From assembly GCA_034178815.1 (NCBI GenBank), contig JAXFQS010000077.1:1-45231 (forward strand): DNA of 45,231 nt. The letters are read 5' to 3'. Shown in pieces: positions 25,875-35,687 of the stretch (its first letter is position 1; each line of letters opens with the position of its first letter). The position numbers and the translations under genes are program-made. The notes beneath the pieces are model-generated. The model did not search any database and was not told the origin of the DNA. It worked only from the letters and a program-made list of their open reading frames with translations. The stretch comes from Kiritimatiellia bacterium (lineage in GTDB: Bacteria; Verrucomicrobiota; Kiritimatiellia; RFP12; DVOR01).

Positions 25875-27355
25875 GGGCGGGGGGCGAGTTGGTCGAGGAT
25901 ATGCTGGGCGAGTGCTTCGTCGGGGATGAAGGCGCCGACCTGGAGGGTGCCGAGGGCAAGGGGGGTGGCGGTAGCCGGGGTATAGGGGGCGACACCGCGC
26001 TGACCATCTTTGAGGCGGCAGAAGTATCCGAATCGGGCGGTCTGGTGGGCGGCGCAACTGTTGGGGCAGCCGGAGATGCGCAGGTCGGTGAGAATCGTTT
26101 TGGCGTAGCGGGCCTTTTCGGGGGAACCTTCGGGGAGCAGGCGGTCAAGGCCGGCGGCGAGGGTTTGGGCGGTGGGGGTTGGGTCTCCGGCTCCGGCCAT
26201 GCAGACGGTGTTGCCGACGCAGGTGACGATGTGTCCGGCGAAGGATCGCACGGTCAAATCGATGTCCGCGAAGTCATTGAGCAGGGCGGCCTGTATCGCG
26301 GGCAGGTCTTCGACTGAAAGGTTGCAAAGAAGGAGGTCTTGAGATGGCAATATCTGGATCTCTTGGGTGCCTATCTCCCGGAGCCATTGGTGGATACGAG
26401 TGAGTTGGGGCTCTGTGAGGTTGCCGTTGGGGACAAAGAGGCGGACGGAGCAGCGATCGGGAGCGGGGCCGGGAATCACGGCAAGTTGCTGCCACTGGTT
26501 GGCGGGGGTGTAGGTCTGGACGACTGGGGCGGGAAGTTGGGGGACGACGGGAGCGAGCGGGGCCTGAACGCTGGCGTAGCGTGCCTTGAGTTCGGCGGCA
26601 AAGGTCTCGTCGCCCCCGAGCTGGTCGCGCAGGAAACGGATTCGGGCGTTGGCGCGGTTCTCGCGGTTGCCCTTGGCGTGGAAGAGTTCGGTCAACGCGA
26701 CGGCGAGACGGATGCAGTGCTCCGCGGGGAGGTCGTCAAAGAGTTTAAGCCCTAGCCTCGGGCGACCGCCTAGACCGCCGCCGACCCAGACTTGGAAGAC
26801 CGGACGACCGTCTTTGACAGTGGCGAGAAAGCCAAGATCGTTCGACGCCGCGAGCAGCAGCCCCCCGTCTTGAGGGCGGTCGGCAAAGGCAATCTTGAGT
26901 TTGCGCGGGAGCGCATAGGCCTTGGGAACCTCGCAGAATGCTTTGGCTAGCGCAGTCGCCAAAGGTCGAACCGGAAAGACCGAACCGGGCGTGAGGTCGG
27001 CTCCTGGCTGGAGGTAGACATTGCGGAAAGTGTCGCCACCGCCGCCGAGGAAGGGGAAGGCGTGGGCGCGGCAATAGGCAAGGATTTCCCCAGTCTGCTC
27101 CGGGCGAATGTCATGAAGTTGAAAGTCCTGACGAGTGGTGAGGTGAAGTTTCGGCACCGCCCACCGCCGCATCAGCTCCGAAAGGACGGCGAGATCCTCG
27201 ACTGAGGCATACCCGCCCGTGCGGCGAAGGCGCATCATAAACAGCCCGTTCTTCTGGCGATAGATGCCAAAGCCCGCTGATGTTTTCTTGAGCGCAGGCC
27301 AGTCGATTTCACCGGATGCGTAGGCCGAAAGAGCGGCGGTCAATGAGTCAGTCAT
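25871..27355 (-). CDS. Nitrite/sulfite reductase family protein (siroheme-[4Fe-4S] type, ferredoxin-like half domains)
   Basis: NiR/SiR ferredoxin-like repeats (FGIYRQKNGLFMMRLRRTGG). Cluster ligands C-x5-C (TCVGNTVC) then C-x3-C (GCPNSC). ATGA overlap with the upstream transporter. Confidence 0.8.
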   Translation of the reverse strand: MTDSLTAALSAYASGEIDWPALKKTSAGFGIYRQKNGLFMMRLRRTGGYASVEDLAVLSELMRRWAVPKLHLTTRQDFQLHDIRPEQTGEILAYCRAHAFPFLGGGGDTFRNVYLQPGADLTPGSVFPVRPLATALAKAFCEVPKAYALPRKLKIAFADRPQDGGLLLAASNDLGFLATVKDGRPVFQVWVGGGLGGRPRLGLKLFDDLPAEHCIRLAVALTELFHAKGNRENRANARIRFLRDQLGGDETFAAELKARYASVQAPLAPVVPQLPAPVVQTYTPANQWQQLAVIPGPAPDRCSVRLFVPNGNLTEPQLTRIHQWLREIGTQEIQILPSQDLLLCNLSVEDLPAIQAALLNDFADIDLTVRSFAGHIVTCVGNTVCMAGAGDPTPTAQTLAAGLDRLLPEGSPEKARYAKTILTDLRISGCPNSCAAHQTARFGYFCRLKDGQRGVAPYTPATATPLALGTLQVGAFIPDEALAQHILDQLAPRP

Positions 27356-28242
27356 CGGGATTCTCCTGCGTGGTGACGGTAGAGCTGGATGGCATTCCAG
27401 GCATTATGGAAAAAGACATAGATGGTCGGCCCCAACGCGACAATAGGATTGGCATAAGCGAGCGCCAGATAGACCGTGTAAGAGTTGTTCTTCTGCCCCA
27501 GACACTGGCTGCACTCCAGCCGATAGCGGCCGCCAATGAAATAGCCCGCCAGGAAGTTGATCGCGCAGATCACCCCCACAACCACGGTAATCGCCCCCAA
27601 GAGCGACCAAGGCACCTCCGGCAGCGCATCAATAAAGGCTCGGGCATTGGCGGTTATCAGCACCACGACGAAAATCCAAGCGAAAAACGACCACGGCCCA
27701 AGCCGCCGCGCCAAAGCCTCGGCACGCACCGGAAAGAACCGTCGCAACGCCAGCGCAGTCGCCAATGGAAGGAACATCACCCCACCAATCCGGCAAAACA
27801 CATCACCAACCAATTGGACAGGAACCCCGCCCGTATGTAGCACCAAAGGTATCAATAACGGCAACAGGAGGGAAATCCCGACCCCTGAGAGAAGAAAAGC
27901 CGCCACCGCATAGGACACATCCCCGCCAATCATACCCACAATGGCAGGCGCTGCCGTCGCCGTAGGGGTAATCGCGGCAAAAAAAGCAGCCTGCGCAAGC
28001 GGCTCGTCCAGCGGAAGAAGTAGCCGCCAGACCAGCACAGCAAGCCCTGCACCAAATAGCATCGATACCCCCTGCGAGAGGCGAAACATACGCCAAGACG
28101 GTTCGACTTTCAGGCACGAGGAGAAGAGCATGAAAACAAGCAACGGGCGAATGAGACTGCTCCATCCCGACAAGACCGGAAGGAGTCCGCCGATGGCAAA
28201 GGCGAGCAGCAGACCGCCCGAACGCAGGAGCGCGTATTTCAT
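27352..28242 (-). CDS. Polytopic membrane transporter, bile acid:Na+ symporter (BASS/SBF-like) family candidate
   Basis: About 9-10 predicted TM helices over 296 aa. The ...CSQCLGQKNNSYTVYLAL... segment resembles the conserved Q-N containing BASS motif. The family call is tentative. Confidence 0.5.
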   Translation of the reverse strand: MKYALLRSGGLLLAFAIGGLLPVLSGWSSLIRPLLVFMLFSSCLKVEPSWRMFRLSQGVSMLFGAGLAVLVWRLLLPLDEPLAQAAFFAAITPTATAAPAIVGMIGGDVSYAVAAFLLSGVGISLLLPLLIPLVLHTGGVPVQLVGDVFCRIGGVMFLPLATALALRRFFPVRAEALARRLGPWSFFAWIFVVVLITANARAFIDALPEVPWSLLGAITVVVGVICAINFLAGYFIGGRYRLECSQCLGQKNNSYTVYLALAYANPIVALGPTIYVFFHNAWNAIQLYRHHAGESR

Positions 28243-28248
28243 TCCTTC

Positions 28249-29916
28249 TTAGGCAAGGCTGGCACCCGTAGAGGCGTTGCCAACAAGCCTTGAATAGCGG
28301 TTGAGCCACCCGTGCAACTGCCTTGGAGTCCAAGGCTTGGCTGCGGCGCGGCGGCGGGCGATTTCGCCGTCGGTGAGGTCGACACTCAGGGTATGGCCGG
28401 GTATATCGAGTGTGATGCGATCGCCATCTTGAAGCAGTCCGATCAAACCGCCTTCAGCGGCCTCTGGGGAGACATGTCCTACGCAGGCGCCGTGGGTACC
28501 TCCGGAGAAGCGTCCATCGGTAATCAGGGCGACGGACTCGCCAAGGCCTGCCCCCATAATATAGGAAGTAGGCGCGAGCATCTCCTGCATTCCCGGGCCG
28601 CCTTTGGGGCCTTCGTAGCGGATGACGACAACATTGCCCGGCTTGACTTTGCCGCCTAGGATGCCCTTCCCGGCCTCTTCTTCGGAATCGAAGCAAACTG
28701 CGGTTCCAGTGAAGCGGAGCATGGATTGGGCGACGCCGGCCTTCTTGACTACTGCGCCTTCGGCGGCGAGGTTCCCGCGAAGGATGGTCAAGCCGCCATC
28801 TTTGGAGTAGGGGTTGTCGAGGGGGCGGATAACAGCGTCGTTGGAGGGAGTGGCTTTGGCGACGACATCGGCGAGGGTTTCGCCGGAGACAAGGGGTCTG
28901 GAGAGGTCAAGCAGGCCTGGGATCTGAGCGATACGGGCGAGGATGGCGGGTATGCCTCCGGCGGCGTCGACATCCTGCATGTGGTAGTTGCAGGATGGGG
29001 AGACTTTGCAGATGTGGGGGCACTTCTGGGAGATGCGGTTGATGCGTTCGAGGTCGTAATCGAGTCCGGCTTCCCGGGCGATGGCGAGGGTATGCAAAAC
29101 GGTGTTGGAACTGCCGCCCATGGCCATATCGAGGGCGAAGGCGTTGTCGATAGTCTCAAGGGTGATGAGGTCGCGCGGGCGGGGTGCTCCGGCCTTGGCG
29201 ATGGCGACTGCTCGCCGGGCTGCGGCGCGCCAGAGTTCCCTGCGCCGGGGGTCTGTAGCGGGGATGGTTCCATTACCTGTGAGGGCCAGTCCGATGCATT
29301 CGCAGAGGCAGTTCATGGAGTTTGCGGTAAACATGCCGGAGCAGGAGCCGCAACCTGGGCAGGCGTGTTCCTCGGTGTAGGCGAGTTCGGCTTCGGTGAT
29401 GGCGCCGTTGTTGTAGCGGGCGACATCTTCGAAGACGGTGATGAGGTCGGTGGCCTTGCCGTCTTTGGCCTTGCCGGCGACCATAGGGCCGCCGGAGGCG
29501 AAGATAGTGGGCAGGTTGGCACGGAGGGCTCCGAGGATCATGCCGGGGACGATTTTATCGCAGTTGGGGATGCAAATGACCGCATCGAAGGCGTGGGCTT
29601 TGAGCATGGTCTCGACGGAGTCGGCAATGAGTTCGCGGCTCGGGAGGGAGAGTTTCATTCCGGCGTGGCCCATGGCGATGCCGTCGCAGACGCCGATTGT
29701 GTTGAATTCAAAGGGCACGCCGCCCGCGGCGATGATTTCCTCCCGGACGAGTTTGCCGACTTCCTGGAGGTGGCAATGTCCGGGTATGATGCCGACATAG
29801 GAGTTGCAGACGGCGATGAAGGGCTTGTCGAGATCTTCGCGCTTGACGCCCGTCGCCATCAGCAGGCTGCGGTGGGGGGCGCGTTCGAAACCTTTCTTGA
29901 TCAAATCACTGTTCAT
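28249..29916 (-). CDS. ilvD: Dihydroxy-acid dehydratase
   Basis: The start is taken at [19 protein letters not shown] (codon 34 of track ORF). [28 protein letters not shown]. Full-length ILVD_EDD family member. Confidence 0.95.
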   Translation of the reverse strand: MNSDLIKKGFERAPHRSLLMATGVKREDLDKPFIAVCNSYVGIIPGHCHLQEVGKLVREEIIAAGGVPFEFNTIGVCDGIAMGHAGMKLSLPSRELIADSVETMLKAHAFDAVICIPNCDKIVPGMILGALRANLPTIFASGGPMVAGKAKDGKATDLITVFEDVARYNNGAITEAELAYTEEHACPGCGSCSGMFTANSMNCLCECIGLALTGNGTIPATDPRRRELWRAAARRAVAIAKAGAPRPRDLITLETIDNAFALDMAMGGSSNTVLHTLAIAREAGLDYDLERINRISQKCPHICKVSPSCNYHMQDVDAAGGIPAILARIAQIPGLLDLSRPLVSGETLADVVAKATPSNDAVIRPLDNPYSKDGGLTILRGNLAAEGAVVKKAGVAQSMLRFTGTAVCFDSEEEAGKGILGGKVKPGNVVVIRYEGPKGGPGMQEMLAPTSYIMGAGLGESVALITDGRFSGGTHGACVGHVSPEAAEGGLIGLLQDGDRITLDIPGHTLSVDLTDGEIARRRAAAKPWTPRQLHGWLNRYSRLVGNASTGASLA

Positions 29917-29986
29917 AGTGCTTTCCTCTTGGAGCGGCGGGCGGCAGGCGGCGCATAAGACGGAAGGCTTCGCCCGCATTGGTTGC

Positions 29987-30015
29987 ATTTTACCAAATCC
30001 CCCCGTGCTTGGCAA
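29987..30015 (-). promoter_or_regulatory. Putative sigma70-type promoter of ilvD
   Basis: On the minus strand: TTGCCA (30015-30010), 17-nt spacer, TAAAAT (29992-29987), about 70 nt upstream of the ATG. Confidence 0.45.
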
Positions 30016-30048
30016 GGCAGGACTGCGACGCCTCCAGCGAGGCGCACA

Positions 30049-30163
30049 GGTTGCAAGGTTCGCCGCTCCAAGGTTGCAACCTGCATCCCCGTTTGGTTGG
30101 AACCTCTGCGTGGACTTCCTTCCTACCTGCCGGAAATGGAGGTTGGCACCTTCCGACGCCCAT
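30049..30163. repeat. Five phased 23-bp box repeats, including a perfect 12-bp palindrome AGGTTGCAACCT
   Basis: Units: ggttgcaaggttcgccgctccaa (30049), ggttgcaacctgcatccccgttt (30072), ggttggaacctctgcgtggactt (30095), ccttcctacctgccggaaatgga (30118), ggttggcaccttccgacgcccat (30141). Palindrome at 30071-30082. Confidence 0.7.
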
Positions 30164-30275
30164 CACGGAGGCCTGCGCCGACTGCTGACACAATCCTAAC
30201 CAAGACAGACTATTCTGAACGGCGGTTCAACGATTGGGCTTGTGTTGCCACCACGCCCGTGCTAATATCCTTATT

Positions 30276-31208
30276 ATGAAGATAGTTAATCGAATCTGCC
30301 TGGCTCTTGCCGCTCTCCCCGTCATTGCCGCAACCGCAGCCCCCCTGCGCGTCGCGAGTTGGAACATCCGCGTGGCCGGAGCCGACCGCAACGACAACGC
30401 TTGGACGAACCGCCGCGAAGCCGTCTGCACCCTCATCCAGCGAGAACGCTTCGACCTCGTCGGTCTGCAGGAAGTCGGAGGCCCCCAATGGCGCGACCTG
30501 CGCGAAAGGCTCCAGGAGTACCGCCTCCTCGGACGCGGGCGAGAGGCCTCAACCCCCGAAAGTGAGGGGGTCGCTATCGCCTATCGTCCCGACAGCCTCA
30601 CCCTCGTGACCAATGGCGTCTTCTGGCTCTCAGAGACCCCCGAACATCCCGGTAGCCGCCTTCCAGAGGCAGCCTACCCCCGCACCGCCGTCTGGGCGCG
30701 ATTCTGCCTCGACGAGACGGGGCAAACCTTCCTCTTCGTCAACACCCATCTCGACCACGCAAAGGAAGAAATCCGCCGCCGACAACTCGACATTCTCCTC
30801 GCCCGCCTCGAAGCAATCGCCTCAAAGAAAGAACCCATTCTCCTCGCAGGTGACTTCAACACCCACCGACTCTCGCCCACCCTCGTGCCCCTGCGGAAAC
30901 ACTTCCGCGAGGCCCTTGCCGCCTCCCAAAGCCGGCCGACCGGGCCTTGGCGCACCTACAACGCCTGGCAATACATTCCCCCGCAAGACGAGTTGACCCT
31001 CGACCTCGTCTCGGGCGACATCACACGCGCCGAAAAGATGTTCGGCGTGGCCGGAAAGTTCCGCCGAATCGACCACCTCTGGGCAACCCCGGACATCCGA
31101 ATCTTGACCTTCAAAACCCTCCCGGACGGACGCGAGAAACCCTACCGCTACCCATCCGACCACTTTCCCATCGCACTGGAAATTCAACTGAAGAAGGCAC
31201 GCCCGTGA
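30276..31208 (+). CDS. Secreted endonuclease/exonuclease/phosphatase (EEP) family protein
   Basis: The start is taken at MKIVNRICLALAALPVIAA (signal peptide). EEP motifs SWNIR, GLQEV, NTHLDH, GDFN and SDHFP. Confidence 0.8.
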   Translation: MKIVNRICLALAALPVIAATAAPLRVASWNIRVAGADRNDNAWTNRREAVCTLIQRERFDLVGLQEVGGPQWRDLRERLQEYRLLGRGREASTPESEGVAIAYRPDSLTLVTNGVFWLSETPEHPGSRLPEAAYPRTAVWARFCLDETGQTFLFVNTHLDHAKEEIRRRQLDILLARLEAIASKKEPILLAGDFNTHRLSPTLVPLRKHFREALAASQSRPTGPWRTYNAWQYIPPQDELTLDLVSGDITRAEKMFGVAGKFRRIDHLWATPDIRILTFKTLPDGREKPYRYPSDHFPIALEIQLKKARP

Positions 31209-32761
31209 AAACATTCCTGCCTACCTTACTTGCCCTCGCAGCCCTACCCCTGCTCGCAACAGGCGAGTACCAAGCCACCCCGTCCGAAACGCCACCCTAC
31301 CTCTGGAGCAACCGCTCAAACTGGCGCGTCGACGGCTTAGTCCCCGATGCCCTCCCGGGTAGCAGCAGCATTGTTTGGCTCGACTCCGCCGAACTCACGC
31401 TTGAGCACCCCTTTATCCTCGATGCAACAATCGGGGCTCAGGAAATCAGCACACTTCGTCTGCGCAACGCCGCCCTACGACTCGATGCCGGAGCCTGCCT
31501 CAAAACGACTAGTACCGCGAACTCTTTCTTCCTCGGCGACAAGGAAGGTCAGCACTCCATCCTTGAATTGGAATCGGGCTCGGCCGTGACCAACAGCGGG
31601 GTCGTCTACCTCGCCAATGGCGGCACTGCGGCAGTCACCAACCGGGGCGGCTCCTTCGCACTGACCTTGGCCAATAAAAACCTGATTGTAGGCAATGCCG
31701 CAGGTTCTCGCGGAACCTACACGCAGACGGGAGGCGCCCTCTCGGTTGCCGCCGATTGGATCCTAGGCGTGAACGGCAACGCGGAGGTTCAACTCCTAGG
31801 TGGTACCGCCAAATGTAAGAACCTTCAGTTCGGAACCAAAAGCGGATCCGGATCCTTGCTGACCCAAATTCCCCTCTCCGTCTCGGGTAACATCAAGGTC
31901 GCCAGAGGGCAACTGACCCTCGCCGGAGATGCTACCAACGACCTCGCAGGCTTGCTCTTCTCCACCGGCACGCTCCGCCTTCAAGGGGGGACCGTGCGGG
32001 CAACCTCCACGACCGTTCGCCCCAACCTCCAGATTGCCACCAATGGTCTACTGACCGGATATGGGAAGGTCATCAACAAGACCACGACTGACGCCTATGC
32101 CTCCTTTGCCTTGAGTGGAGGTCGCGTCGTGGCTGACGGCGGGGAACTCTCTCTCAATACCGTCATCGAAATGGCAAACACCCTTGATTCCGAAACCATT
32201 CCCGGCAGCGGCTGGTATGCCGTCAATGGCGGCTCCGTCCTGATGCCCTGCGTTTATTTGCCCAAAACCGATGGACTGGCCGATGTTTCAGTCGCACTCG
32301 GCACCGACGCTGAAAAAGAGCATCCAGACTTGATTGGCGCCTGCCGAATTACCCTGCGCGGGAAGGCATCCACCCGCGACGCCTACTTGCGCGGCGGGCT
32401 CCTCGCGCTCGACCATCCGGAGGCGCGGCTCGAAAGTCATCCCACGCCCGAAAAGGTCGTTCAAGTTTGGCGATTCGGGCTCTTTTCCAACCGCGACACC
32501 TTCACGCTCGACAAGTGCGCGCCATTCACCGACACCACCATCGAGTTCCGCTTCGACGATTCCGCCGTAGGGGCTTCCGACCGCCTCGTCCTGCGCCGTC
32601 TCGAAGGCGGCAAGTGGGTGCGCGTCGCGACCGTGACTGCCACTGCCGCCGGGCTCATCGCACTCTCCTCGCCGCTGCCCGCCTTGGACGACGAACTCTA
32701 TAACCTAGGCACCTACGCCCTTAGCACCAGCCAAGCCCCGACCCTCATTCTTGTCTACTGA
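31205..32761 (+). CDS. Secreted hypothetical protein with beta-helix-like Gly/Asn/Thr-rich repeats
   Basis: GTG 31205 overlaps the EEP stop (GTGA). Signal peptide VKTFLPTLLALAALPLLA. Repetitive G-x-L/V-x-L segments resemble autotransporter-associated beta-strand repeats. No recognisable catalytic motif. Confidence 0.5.
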   Translation: MKTFLPTLLALAALPLLATGEYQATPSETPPYLWSNRSNWRVDGLVPDALPGSSSIVWLDSAELTLEHPFILDATIGAQEISTLRLRNAALRLDAGACLKTTSTANSFFLGDKEGQHSILELESGSAVTNSGVVYLANGGTAAVTNRGGSFALTLANKNLIVGNAAGSRGTYTQTGGALSVAADWILGVNGNAEVQLLGGTAKCKNLQFGTKSGSGSLLTQIPLSVSGNIKVARGQLTLAGDATNDLAGLLFSTGTLRLQGGTVRATSTTVRPNLQIATNGLLTGYGKVINKTTTDAYASFALSGGRVVADGGELSLNTVIEMANTLDSETIPGSGWYAVNGGSVLMPCVYLPKTDGLADVSVALGTDAEKEHPDLIGACRITLRGKASTRDAYLRGGLLALDHPEARLESHPTPEKVVQVWRFGLFSNRDTFTLDKCAPFTDTTIEFRFDDSAVGASDRLVLRRLEGGKWVRVATVTATAAGLIALSSPLPALDDELYNLGTYALSTSQAPTLILVY

Positions 32762-32863
32762 TTCCAGTCGGCGGTTGCTATGGACGGGGCTCTGTCCTAC
32801 CCGGCCGCCCATATAGGCTTGACACCCCCGGGTAAAACCGCTAAACTCCACCCCGTCAAGCCT

Positions 32864-34399
32864 ATGAGCCCCCGCCGACTTCTCATCCCCTCTATCCTCG
32901 CCGCCACACTGCTGGGCGCCCAAGAGCGCATTCATACCGTCACGGATGTACCCAGTTACGGCGCCTTCATACAAGGCCTCGCCGAGTTTTGCCGCCCCGC
33001 CGAGGCCATGAAGGCGCTCCAATACATCCACCGCAACTGCCAAAGCCGCTTCCTTCTGCCGACCTTTGACGGAGTAGCCCTCGACGCCCCCCTGCAAACC
33101 GTCGCAACCCTCTCCCCCAACGGCACGACCAACCAGATTCTTTGGCTCAACCTCGACAACCTTGCCACCTTCAAACTCCAGACCGGCAAGTGCTACGGCA
33201 AAGCCGACTTCACCAAGGCCTGGCACTGCTGGAGCAAACCGAAAGATGCCGCGTTGCCCCCCAACCTCGCACTCGGAACCCTTCTCGGAAATACCATTCT
33301 CTCGACCCGCCCCATCGGCGCAGACCTTGCCGGCCCCCTCCGCAACGCCCTTCCGCCCCTCGACTCGAACCGCAAAACCGTCCTCCGCCACCACCTCATC
33401 TCCCGCGAATCCCGCGCCTTCCTCGCCTCCTTCGGCATCCTTCGTCCGGACGATCTGGATGCCATCAACACCTGCCATTGCGAACTCGAAGCATCCCCGC
33501 ACCAGGCAACCTTCCGCATCGTCCTCACCTCGACGCCGGGCTCGCCCCTAGCCAACTGGATTCGCACCACGCCCCCCCCAACCAACTTCTGGAGACACAT
33601 TCCCCGCGGCGTTCCCCTCGCCTCCATTCTTCCCACCCGCGAAACCAACGGGCTCTCTGAATCCGCGTTCTACCTGATGCCCGACACCGCCAACCACCGT
33701 TTCTCCTTCAAGAGTTTCCGCAAAACCGCCTCCCCCGCACACGCGACGCAGCTCTTGGACACCTTCTCAAAAGGCGACACCAACCACTTCCTCACCCCAT
33801 TGACCACCCTCGGCTACCGCGTCAGTGCGCAAAAGCCCCTTACCATCGACGCCCGGCCGGCTCGGCGCCTGCGCATCCAAAAAGAGAATGCGCTCGTCGA
33901 CACCCTTCCCTCATTCGGACTCCCCGTCAGCCCGGTCAGACTATTCCGCCAGACCGACACCCTCTATGCCACCGCCCTTGGCGATACCCTCGTGCTCGCC
34001 TCCGGCAACCCAGAAAGCCTAATGACCGCAGCCCGCACTGCCACCCTGCCCGGCCCCGACTTCCGCCGCCGTTTCTTGCGGTATATCCCCGAAAACGCCG
34101 ATATCCTCGCCGCCGGAATCCTCCAGCCAACCGCCCTCTTGCGCCATTGGATTGCCTTCCTGCCAAACAGTTCCGCACTCCTCCAGAAACTCCCCGACGC
34201 CGGAGACGACCTCGCTTGGGCGTTGACCCGGGAAAGCAAAGACTCCCTTGCCCTCTCGATTTGGCTCCCCCAGACCGAAGCATTTGCCCTGCAAGCCACA
34301 TTTAACCGCGGCATCGGCGTCCTTCAGGAAGTCCTAATGCAGTACCTCTTTCAGGAAATGATGCAGAAAGCCTCGACCGAACAAGAAAGTGAACAATAA
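32864..34399 (+). CDS. Secreted hypothetical protein
   Basis: The start is taken at MSPRRLLIPSILAATLLGAQE (signal-like). 511 codons with coding-like composition and no motif I recognise. Confidence 0.45.
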   Translation: MSPRRLLIPSILAATLLGAQERIHTVTDVPSYGAFIQGLAEFCRPAEAMKALQYIHRNCQSRFLLPTFDGVALDAPLQTVATLSPNGTTNQILWLNLDNLATFKLQTGKCYGKADFTKAWHCWSKPKDAALPPNLALGTLLGNTILSTRPIGADLAGPLRNALPPLDSNRKTVLRHHLISRESRAFLASFGILRPDDLDAINTCHCELEASPHQATFRIVLTSTPGSPLANWIRTTPPPTNFWRHIPRGVPLASILPTRETNGLSESAFYLMPDTANHRFSFKSFRKTASPAHATQLLDTFSKGDTNHFLTPLTTLGYRVSAQKPLTIDARPARRLRIQKENALVDTLPSFGLPVSPVRLFRQTDTLYATALGDTLVLASGNPESLMTAARTATLPGPDFRRRFLRYIPENADILAAGILQPTALLRHWIAFLPNSSALLQKLPDAGDDLAWALTRESKDSLALSIWLPQTEAFALQATFNRGIGVLQEVLMQYLFQEMMQKASTEQESEQ

Positions 34400-34402
34400 A
34401 CT

Positions 34403-35677
34403 ATGAAAGTGCTCGTTATAGGAGGCGGCGGTCGCGAACACGCCCTCGTCTGGAAACTCTCCAAGGACTCCCACCGCCCCGAAATCTACTGTGCCCCCGG
34501 CAACGCCGGCACCGCCCGGCTCGCCACCAATGTGCCCATTGCCGCCGAAGACATCAAAGGTCTGCTGGCTTGGGCAATCGAGCACAAGCCGGATTTGACA
34601 GTAGTCGGCCCCGAAGCCCCGCTCTGCGCTGGACTCGTCGACGCTTTTGCCGCCGAAGGACTCCGAGCCTTTGGGCCGACCGCCGCCGCGGCTCGCCTAG
34701 AAGGCAGCAAGGTCTTCTCGAAAGAAGTGATGGCCGCAGCGGGCGTTCCCACAGCCCGGGCCGAGGTATTCACCAGTAGCCAAGATGCCATCCAGGCGCT
34801 CGAGCGCTTTACCCTTCCCGTCGTCGTCAAAGCCGATGGACTGGCCGCTGGAAAAGGCGTCATCATAGCCCAGACAGTTGCAGAAGCCGAGTCAGCCATT
34901 CGTTCGATGCTCGACGAAGCGCTCTTTGGAAAGGCCGGCACGGAGATTTTGATCGAGGAGTTTCTCGACGGCGAGGAAGCCTCCCTGCTACTGATGACCG
35001 ATGGAGAGCATGTCGCCGTGCTCCCAGGCTCGCAGGATCACAAGCGCGTCTTCGATCGGGATGGTGGCCCCAATACGGGTGGTATGGGCGCCTACTCCCC
35101 TGCGCCGGTCGTCACCCCTATGGTTCGGAACTTTGCCGCCGAACAGATTGCAAAGCCCATGCTCGCCGAATTGCGCAAACGGGGAATTGTCTACAAAGGG
35201 ATCCTCTACGCCGGATTGATGATTGGCTCCCGAGGCCCACAAGTGTTGGAATTCAATGTTCGCTTCGGAGATCCAGAGACCCAAGTCGTTCTGCCCCGCA
35301 TCAAGGGCGATATCATTCCGCTCTTCGAGGCGTGTATCGATGGTACGCTCAATCCCTCTGATGTCCGCTACGAAGAGCGTCAGGCGGCAACGGTCGTAAT
35401 GACTGCGCCTGGCTACCCCGGCCCCTACCCGAAGGGTCTGCCAATTGAGGGGTTGGAAACCATCGACGATCCTGAAGTGGTGGTCTTTCACGCCGGCACA
35501 ACAATCAAGGATGGGCGAACCGTGACTTCGGGCGGACGCGTGCTTGCCGTCACGGGCATGGGAAGCGATCTGCGCGAGGCGGTCAATCGCGCCTACGCGG
35601 CCGTTTCCAGGATTCATTTCGAAGGGGCGCATTACCGAAAGGACATTGCGCACCGCGCCTTCAACCGGTTCAAATGA
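34403..35677 (+). CDS. purD: Phosphoribosylamine--glycine ligase
   Basis: [18 protein letters not shown]-grasp core, [12 protein letters not shown] and GGRVLAV. Confidence 0.95.
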   Translation: MKVLVIGGGGREHALVWKLSKDSHRPEIYCAPGNAGTARLATNVPIAAEDIKGLLAWAIEHKPDLTVVGPEAPLCAGLVDAFAAEGLRAFGPTAAAARLEGSKVFSKEVMAAAGVPTARAEVFTSSQDAIQALERFTLPVVVKADGLAAGKGVIIAQTVAEAESAIRSMLDEALFGKAGTEILIEEFLDGEEASLLLMTDGEHVAVLPGSQDHKRVFDRDGGPNTGGMGAYSPAPVVTPMVRNFAAEQIAKPMLAELRKRGIVYKGILYAGLMIGSRGPQVLEFNVRFGDPETQVVLPRIKGDIIPLFEACIDGTLNPSDVRYEERQAATVVMTAPGYPGPYPKGLPIEGLETIDDPEVVVFHAGTTIKDGRTVTSGGRVLAVTGMGSDLREAVNRAYAAVSRIHFEGAHYRKDIAHRAFNRFK

Positions 35678-35687
35678 GGTATCTGAA

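Noticed and set aside
30144-30160. Sigma-54-like TGGCAC in ggttggcaccttccgacgc
   Set aside because: The -12 element TTGC is absent at the required spacing: TGGCAC-cttcc-gacg. The TGGCAC is simply part of a box-repeat unit.
30049-30163. 23-bp arrays as a degenerate CRISPR array
   Set aside because: The units abut one another with no unique spacers. The 23-nt period is too short. The boxes are unrelated to type I-C repeats. Copies are scattered in housekeeping spacers far from cas genes.
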